Of a DNA stretch of 64,000 bases, positions 56,730 to 64,000 are shown one piece after another. Source of the DNA: the human T2T-CHM13v2.0 reference genome, Homo sapiens. A program made the translations under genes and the position numbers. The stretch is from assembly GCF_009914755.1 (NCBI RefSeq), contig NC_060928.1, one strand, 5' to 3'. The notes beneath the pieces were generated by a model, which was given only the letters and a program-made list of their open reading frames with translations, was not told where the DNA came from and searched no databases. Numbering within the stretch: the stretch's first letter is position 1; each line of letters begins with the position of its first letter.

Positions 56730-57797
56730 TAGTTACCTAAATTAGAAGCTTAGGTTGTCAATGAGATGTTCTAATATAAGCATTTATTGCTAAAAATTTC
56801 CCTCTAAGAGCTGCTCTAACTGCATACCAAAAATTTTGATATTTTAAATTTTCATTTGTATTTAGTCCAGAATGCTTTCTAATTTCTTCTAGGAGAACTT
56901 CTTTGATCCATGGATTACTTACAAGTGTAATTGTTAATTTCTCAGCCTCTGGGGTTTTAAAGGTATCTTTAGGTCATTCATTTCCAGTTTAAACCCACTA
57001 TTGTCAAAGAACATGCTTTACATAATTTTAATTCTTCTAAATCTGTTAGTTTTGTTTTATAAGCCAGGATATGGTTTCTCTGGAGAGTTCCATGTGTACA
57101 TGACAAGAACGTGTGTCCTGCTGCTGTTGGATGGCAGATGCTGTAAATGTCATTTAGAAATTGTTGGCTGATGGTATTGTTCTCCTGTATCCTCCCTCCT
57201 TATCTACCTAATTGTTCTGTTGATACTGAGAGGACTGTTGAGGCCCCAGCTAGAGTTGTGAGTCTGTTACTTTTCCTTTCAGTTAAAGGTCTGTTATGAG
57301 GGCAATACACGTTTAGGTTTTTATGTCTTCTTGGTGAATTGACCCTTTCGTCATTATGTAATGTCTGTTTACCCCTAATAATTTTTCTCGTTCTGAAGTT
57401 GACTTTATCAGATATTGTAGCCATTCCAGCTTTCTTTTGATGAACATTTCCCTGGTATATCTCTTTTATCCTTTAACTTTTAATTTACAAATATAGTCAT
57501 ATATAAAGTGGGTTCTGTGTAGCCAGCATGTAGTGGGATGGATATTTTTTAAAATTCACTGTAACAATCTCTGCCTTTTAATTGGGTATGTTTAGATTAC
57601 TGACATTTAACATAACTGTGTTTGAGTTTAATTTTGTGGGTACAGAGTATGTGTGTATATTTATGGGGTACATGAGATACTTTGATACAGGCGCGCAAAG
57701 CATAAAAATCACATCATGGAGAATGGGACATCCGTCCCCTCAAGCATTTATCCTTTGTGTTACAAACAATCCGATTATACTCTTTTAGGTATCTTTA

Positions 57798-58098
57798 TTT
57801 TATTTATTTATTTTTTTTGAGGCAGAGTCTCACTGTCGCCCGGGCTGGAGTGCAGAGGCGCGATCTCGGCTCACTGCAAGCTCCACCCCCTGGGGTTCAT
57901 GCCATTCTCCTGCCTCAGCCTCCCGAGTAGCTGGGACTACAGGCGCCCACCACCACGCCCGGCTAATTTTTTGTATTTTTAGTAGAGACGGGGCTTCACC
58001 GTGTTAGCCAGGATGGTCACGATCTCCTGACCTCGTGATCCACCCGCCTCGGCCTCCCAAAGTGCTGGGATTACAGGCGTGAGCCACCACGCCCGGCC
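57798..58098 (-). mobile_element. AluY-like insertion with 17-bp TSD
   Basis: TSD tcttttaggtatcttta at 57781-57797 and 58099-58115. Confidence 0.93.
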
Positions 58099-58407
58099 TC
58101 TTTTAGGTATCTTTAAATGTACAATTAAATTGTTATTAACTACAGTGACCCTGTTGTGCTATCAAATACTAGGTCTTATTCATTCTTTCTACCTGCCCTT
58201 TGTGCCCATTAGCCGTACTCCCACCCCCACCACCCTTCCAGCCTCTGGGAACCATCCTTCTACTCTCTCTGAGTCCAGTTGTTTTCATTGTTATCTCCCA
58301 CAAATAAGTAAGAACAAGCAAAATTTGTCTTTCTATGCCTGGCTTATTTCACTTAACACAATGACCTCCAGTTCCATCCATGTTGTTGCAAATGACAGGA
58401 TCTCATT

Positions 58408-58708
58408 CTTTTTTTTTTTTTTTTTTTTGAGATGGAGTCTCTCTTTGTCACCGAGGCTGGAGTGTAATGGTACAATCTCAGCTCGCTGCAACCTCTGCCA
58501 CCTGGTTCAAGCCATTTTCCTGTCTCAGCCTCCTGAGTAGCTGGGACTACAGGCGTGCACCACCACGCCTTGCTAATTTTTGTATTTTTAGTAGAGACGG
58601 GGTTTCACTATGTTGGCCAGGCTGGTCTCAGACTCCTGACCTCAGGTGATCTCCCCACCTCAGCTGCCCAAAGTGCAGGGATTACAGGCATGAGCCACCG
58701 CGCCTGGC
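58408..58708 (-). mobile_element. Alu
   Basis: Poly-T head; ggatctcattcttttt repeated on both sides. Confidence 0.92.
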
Positions 58709-59984
58709 CATGGATCTCATTCTTTTTTATGACAGAATTGTGTATAAGTACCACGTTTTCTTTATCCATTCATCTCCTGGTGGACACTTAGGATGCTTCC
58801 AAATCTTTCTGTTGTGAACAGTACTGGAACAAGCATGGAAGGGCAGGTATCTCTTCGGTAACCTGATTTCCTTTCTTTGGGGTGTGTCCTCAGCAGTGGG
58901 ATTGGGGAGTCGTATGGTAGCTCTCTTTTTAGTTTTTTGAGGAACCTCCAAACTGTTCTCCATAGTGGTTGCACTAATTTACATTTCCACCAGCGGTGTG
59001 TGAGGGTTGCCTTTCCTCCACATCCTCACCAGCATTTGTTACCCTCCAGCTTTTGGATAAAAGCCATTTCCACTGGGGTGAGATGATATCTCATAGTTTT
59101 GATTTGCATTTCTCTGATGGTCAGTGATGTCAAGTACCTTTTCACATGCCTGTTTGCCATTTGTATGTCTTCTTTTGAGAAATGTCTACTCAGAACTTTT
59201 GCCCATTTAAAAATCAGACTATTAGAATTTTTTTTCCTATACTGTTGAGTTCCTTATCTATTCTGCTTACTAATCCCTTGTCAGATGGGTAGTTTGCAAA
59301 TATTTTCCCCATTCTGCAGGTAGTCTCTTCATTGTTTTGATTATTTCCTTTGCTGGGCAGACGCTTTTTAACTTGACGTGATCTCGTTTGTCCATTTTTG
59401 CTTTGGTTGCCTGTGTTTGTGGGGTATTCTTCAAGAAACATTTGCCCAGACCAATGTCCTGGAGAGTTTTCTTAATGTTTTCTTATAGCTGTTTCATAAT
59501 TTGAGGTCTTAGATTTAAGTCTTTAAATCTACTTTGATTTGATTTTTGTATATGACAAGAGGTAGGGGTTGAGCTTCATTCTTTTGCTTATGCATATCCA
59601 GTTTTCCCAGAAACGTGTATTGAAAAGACTGTCTTTTCCTGAATGTAGGTTCTTGGCACTTTTGTTGAAAATGAGCTAATTGTAGGTATATGACTTGTTC
59701 CTGGATTCTCTGCTTGGTTTCATTGATCTATGTGTTAATGTGATTCCTACAATTGTTCTTTGTTTGTTTGTTGTTTTTTTCTCAGGATAGCTTTAGCTAT
59801 TTGGGGTCTTTTTTGGTTCCATATACATTTCAGGATTTTTTTTCTATTCCTGTGATGTGTTATTGGTATTTTAATAGGGGGATTGCATTGAATCTGTAGA
59901 TCACTTTGGGTAGTATGGACATTTTAACGATATTGATTTTTCCAATTCCTGAACACGGAATATCTTTTTGTGCCCTCTTCAACT

Positions 59985-60312
59985 TCTTTTTCTTTTCTTT
60001 CATTTTTTCTTTTTTCTTTTTTTTTTTTTTTTTCAGACAAAGTATCTCTCTGTCGCCCAGGCAGGAGTGCAGTGGTGCAATATCGGCTCACTGCAAGCTC
60101 CACCTCCCGGGTTCAAGCAACTCTTCCTGCCTCCGCCTCCCAAGTGTCTGGGATTACAAGCCCGCCAAAACGCCCGGCTAATTTTTGTATTTTTAGTAGA
60201 GACGGGGTTTCGCCATGTTGGCCAGGCTGGTCTTGAACACCTGACCTCAGGTATCTGCCCACTTTGGCCTCCCAAAGTGCTGCGATTACAGCTGTGGGCC
60301 ATCGCCCCGGCC
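59985..60312 (-). mobile_element. Antisense Alu whose 5' end seeds the adjacent VNTR
   Basis: T-rich tail then Alu body ending gattacagctgtgggccatcgccccggcc. Confidence 0.9.
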
Positions 60313-63300
60313 TCCTCTTCAATTCCTATCATCAGTTACAGGTGTGAGCCCCCGCCCCAGCCTCCTCTTCAATTCCTATCATCAGTTACAGGGGTGAGCC
60401 CCCGCCCCGGCCTCCTCTTCAATTCCTATCATCAGTTACAGGGGTGAGCCCCCGCCCCGGCCTCCTCTTCAATTCCTATCATCAGTTACAGGGGTGAACC
60501 ACCGTCCCGGCCTCCTCTTCAATTCCTATCATCAGTTACAGGAGTGAAACACGACCCCGACCTCCTCTTCAATTCCTATCATCAGTTACAGGTGTGAGCC
60601 CCCGCCCCGGCCTCCTCTTCAATTCCTATCATCAGTTACAGGGGTGAGCCACCGCCCCGGCCTCCTCTTCAATTCCTATCATCAGTTACAGGGGTGAGCC
60701 CCCGCCCCGGCCTCCTCTTCAATTCCTATCATCAGTTACAGGAGTGAACCACCGCCCCGGCCTCCTCTTCAATTCCTATCATCAGTTACAGGGGTGAGCC
60801 CCTGCCCCGGCCTCTTCTTCAATTCCTATCATCAGTTACAGGGGTGAGCCCCCGCCCCGGCCTCCTCTTCAATTCCTATCATCGGTTACAGGGGTGAGCC
60901 ACCGCCCCGGCCTCCTCTTCAATTCCGATCATCGGTTACAGGGGTGAGCCACCGCCCCGGCCTCCTCTTCAATTCCTGTCATCAGTTACAGGGGTGAGCC
61001 ACCGCCCCGGCCTCCTCTTCAATTCCTGTCATCAGTTACAGGGGTGAGCCACCGCCCCGGCCTCCTCTTCAATTCCTGTCATCAGTTAAAGGGGTGAGCC
61101 CCCGCCCCGGCCTCCTCTTCAATTCCTATCATCAGTTACAGGGGTGAACCACCGTTCCGGCCTCCTCTTCAATTCATATCATCACTTACAGGGGTGAGCC
61201 CCCGCCCCGGCCTCCTCTTCAATTCCTATCATCAGTTACAGGGGTGAGCGCCCGCCCCGGCCTCCTCTTCAATTCCTATCATCAGTTACAGGAGTGAACC
61301 ACCGCCCCGGCCTCCTCTTCAATTCCTATCATCAGTTACAGGGGTGAGCCCCCGCCCCGGCCTCCTCTTCAATTCCTATCATCAGTTACAGGGGTGAGCC
61401 CCCGCCCCGGCCTCCTCTTCAATTCCTATCATCAGTTACAGGGGTGAGCCCCCGCCCCGGCCTCCTCTTCAATTCCTATCATCAGTTACAGGAGTGAGCC
61501 ACCGCCCCGGCCTCCTCTTCAATTCCTATCATCAGTTACAGGGGTGAGCCCCCGCCCCGGCCTCCTCTTCAATTCCTATCATCAGTTACAGGGGTGAGCC
61601 CCCGCCCCGGCCTCCTCTTCAATTCCTATCATCAGTTACAGGGGTGAGCCCCCGCCCCGGCCTCCGCTTCAATTCCTATCATCAGTTACAGGGGTGAGCC
61701 CCCGCCCCGGCCTCCGCTTCAATTCCTATCATCAGTTACAGGGGTGAGCCCCCGCCCCGGCCTCCTCTTCAATTCCTGTCATCAGTTACAGGGGTGAGCC
61801 CCCGCCCCGGCCTCCTCTTCAATTCCTGTCATCAGTTACAGGGGTGAGCCCCCGCCCCGGCCTCCTCTTCAATTCCTGTCATCAGTTACAGGGGTGAGCC
61901 CCCGCCCCGGCCTCCTCTTCAATTCCTGTCATCAGTTACAGGGGTGAGCCCCCGCCCCGGCCTCCTCTTCAATTCCTGTCATCAGTTACAGGGGTGAGCC
62001 CCCACCCCGGCCTCCTCTTCAATTCCTGTCATCAGTTACAGGGGTGAGCCCCCGCCCCGGCCTCCTCTTCAATTCCTGTCATCAGTTACAGGGGTGAGCC
62101 CCCGCCCCGGCCTCCTCTTCAATTCCTGTCATCAGTTACAGGGGTGAGCCCCCGCCCCGGCCTCCTCTTCAATTCCTGTCATCAGTTACAGGGGTGAGCC
62201 CCCGCCCCGGCCTCCTCTTCAACTCCTGTCATCAGTTACAGGGGTGAGCCCCCGCCCCGGCCTCCTCTTCAACTCCTGTCATCAGTTACAGGGGTGAGCC
62301 CCCGCCCCGGCCTCCTCTTCAATTCCTGTCATCAGTTACAGGGGTGAGCCCCCGCCCCGGCCTCCTCTTCAATTCCTATCATCAGTTACAGGGGTGAGCC
62401 CCCGCCCCGGCCTCCTCTTCAATTCCTGTCATCAGTTACAGGGGTGAGCCCCCGCCCCGACCTCCTCTTCAATTCCTGTCATCAGTTACAGGGGTGAGCC
62501 CCCGCCCCGGCCTCCTCTTCAATTCCTGTCATCAGTTACAGGGGTGAGCCCCCGCCCCGGCCTCCTCTTCAATTCCTGTCATCAGTTACAGGGGTGAGCC
62601 CCCGCCCCGGCCTCCTCTTCAATTCCTGTCATCAGTTACAGGGGTGAGCCCCCGCCCCGGCCTCCTCTTCAATTCCTATCATCAGTTACAGGGGTGAGCC
62701 CCCACCCCGGCCTCCTCTTCAATTCCTGTCATCAGTTACAGGGGTGAGCCCCCGCCCCGGCCTCCTCTTCAATTCCTGTCATCAGTTACAGGGGTGAGCC
62801 CCCGCCCCGGCCTCCTCTTCAATTCCTGTCATCAGTTACAGGGGTGAGCCCCCGCCCCGGCCTCCTCTTCAATTCCTGTCATCAGTTACAGGGGTGAGCC
62901 CCCGCCCCGGCCTCCTCTTCAATTCCTGTCATCAGTTACAGGGGTGAGCCCCCGCCCCGGCCTCCTCTTCAACTCCTGTCATCAGTTACAGGGGTGAGCC
63001 CCCGCCCCGGCCTCCTCTTCAACTCCTGTCATCAGTTACAGGGGTGAGCCCCCGCCCCGGCCTCCTCTTCAATTCCTGTCATCAGTTACAGGGGTGAGCC
63101 CCCGCCCCGGCCTCCTCTTCAATTCCTGTCATCAGTTACAGGGGTGAGCCCCCGCCCCGACCTCCTCTTCAATTCCTGTCATCAGTTACAGGGGTGAGCC
63201 CCCGCCCCGGCCTCCTCTTCAATTCCTGTCATCAGTTACAGGGGTGAGCCCCCGCCCCGGCCTCCTCTTCAATTCCTGTCATCAGTTACAGGGGTGAGCC

Positions 63301-63480
63301 CCCGCCCCGGCCTCCTCTTCAATTCCTGTCATCAGTTACAGGGGTGAGCCACCGCCCCGGCCTCCTCTTCAATTCCTATCATCAGTTACAGGGGTGAGCC
63401 ACCGCCCCGGCCTCCTCTTCAATTCCTATCATCAGTTACAGGAGTGAGCCACCGCCCCGGCCTCCTCTTCAATTCCTGTC
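60286..63480. repeat. 50-bp VNTR, ~64 copies
   Basis: ttacaggggtgagcccccgccccggcctcctcttcaattcct(a/g)tcatcag. Confidence 0.98.
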
Positions 63481-63855
63481 ATTGCTTTGTAGTTTTAATT
63501 GTAGAGATCTCTCCCTTATTTGGTGAATTCCTGGGTATTTAATTTTAACTATTTATTTCGACTTGGACCTAACACTTTATTATGAGTGTCTGTTGAGGCC
63601 TCTCACGTGGTTCCTCTACCATCCCTTTCCTGTCTTCTGTCGGATTATTTCTATGTTGAAGTCTCCCACTTTAATTCTTCTACTGGGTTTTTTCACTACT
63701 TAAATTGTTTGTTTGTTTTAAGCAATCGTTCTGAAGATTGCAATCTACATGCTGAATTTGTCACAGTCTATTTATAGTTAATATTTGCCACTTAAAATGG
63801 GATGTAGAGAACTTCGCACCACAACCAGATTGCTCCCTTATACAGAAAGTTGTCT

Positions 63856-63995
63856 CATTATTACATCTATATACACTCACAACTTCCCCCGGTGTTATAA
63901 TCATCATTACATCTATATACACTCACAACTTCCCCCGGTGTTATAATCATTATTACATCTATATACACTCACAACTTCCCCCGGTATTATAATCA
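63856..63995. repeat. 46-bp tandem repeat, 3 copies
   Basis: attacatctatatacactcacaacttcccccggtgttataatcat. at 63860, 63906, 63952. Confidence 0.88.
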
Positions 63996-64000
63996 ACATT

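Noticed and set aside
60286-63480. CRISPR-like appearance of this and other arrays
   Set aside because: Head-to-tail units with no unique spacers, no cas genes, and a human Alu/L1 context.

Overview
Human (primate) subtelomeric GC-rich DNA that I recognise from its proteins as the 4p16.3 UVSSA-CRIPAK-NKX1-1 region. The + strand carries the last seven coding exons of UVSSA (936-20600). All junctions are GT-AG and splice in frame to 317 aa, covering the acidic TFIIH-binding motif, K414, the C3H zinc finger and the C-terminus. Next come a ~7.5 kb antisense L1/Alu block, the VNTR-encoded CRIPAK ORF (here 293 aa) and a 45-bp VNTR. The - strand carries the complete two-exon homeobox gene NKX1-1 (448 aa) in a large CpG island, convergent with UVSSA. 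The last ~22 kb is non-coding: AT-rich TAAT-dense candidate enhancers, a G-rich VNTR/CpG island, Alus, L1 fragments and a ~3.2 kb 50-bp VNTR derived from an Alu/L1 junction. Most ORFs in the supplied track are GC-rich, Alu or tandem-repeat artefacts. I found no convincing new protein system. The most notable signals are the triple-frame CRIPAK repeat ORF, the Alu-junction VNTR with block structure, a two-template microhomology insertion at 27.4 kb, and probable NKX1-1 enhancers inside UVSSA introns.
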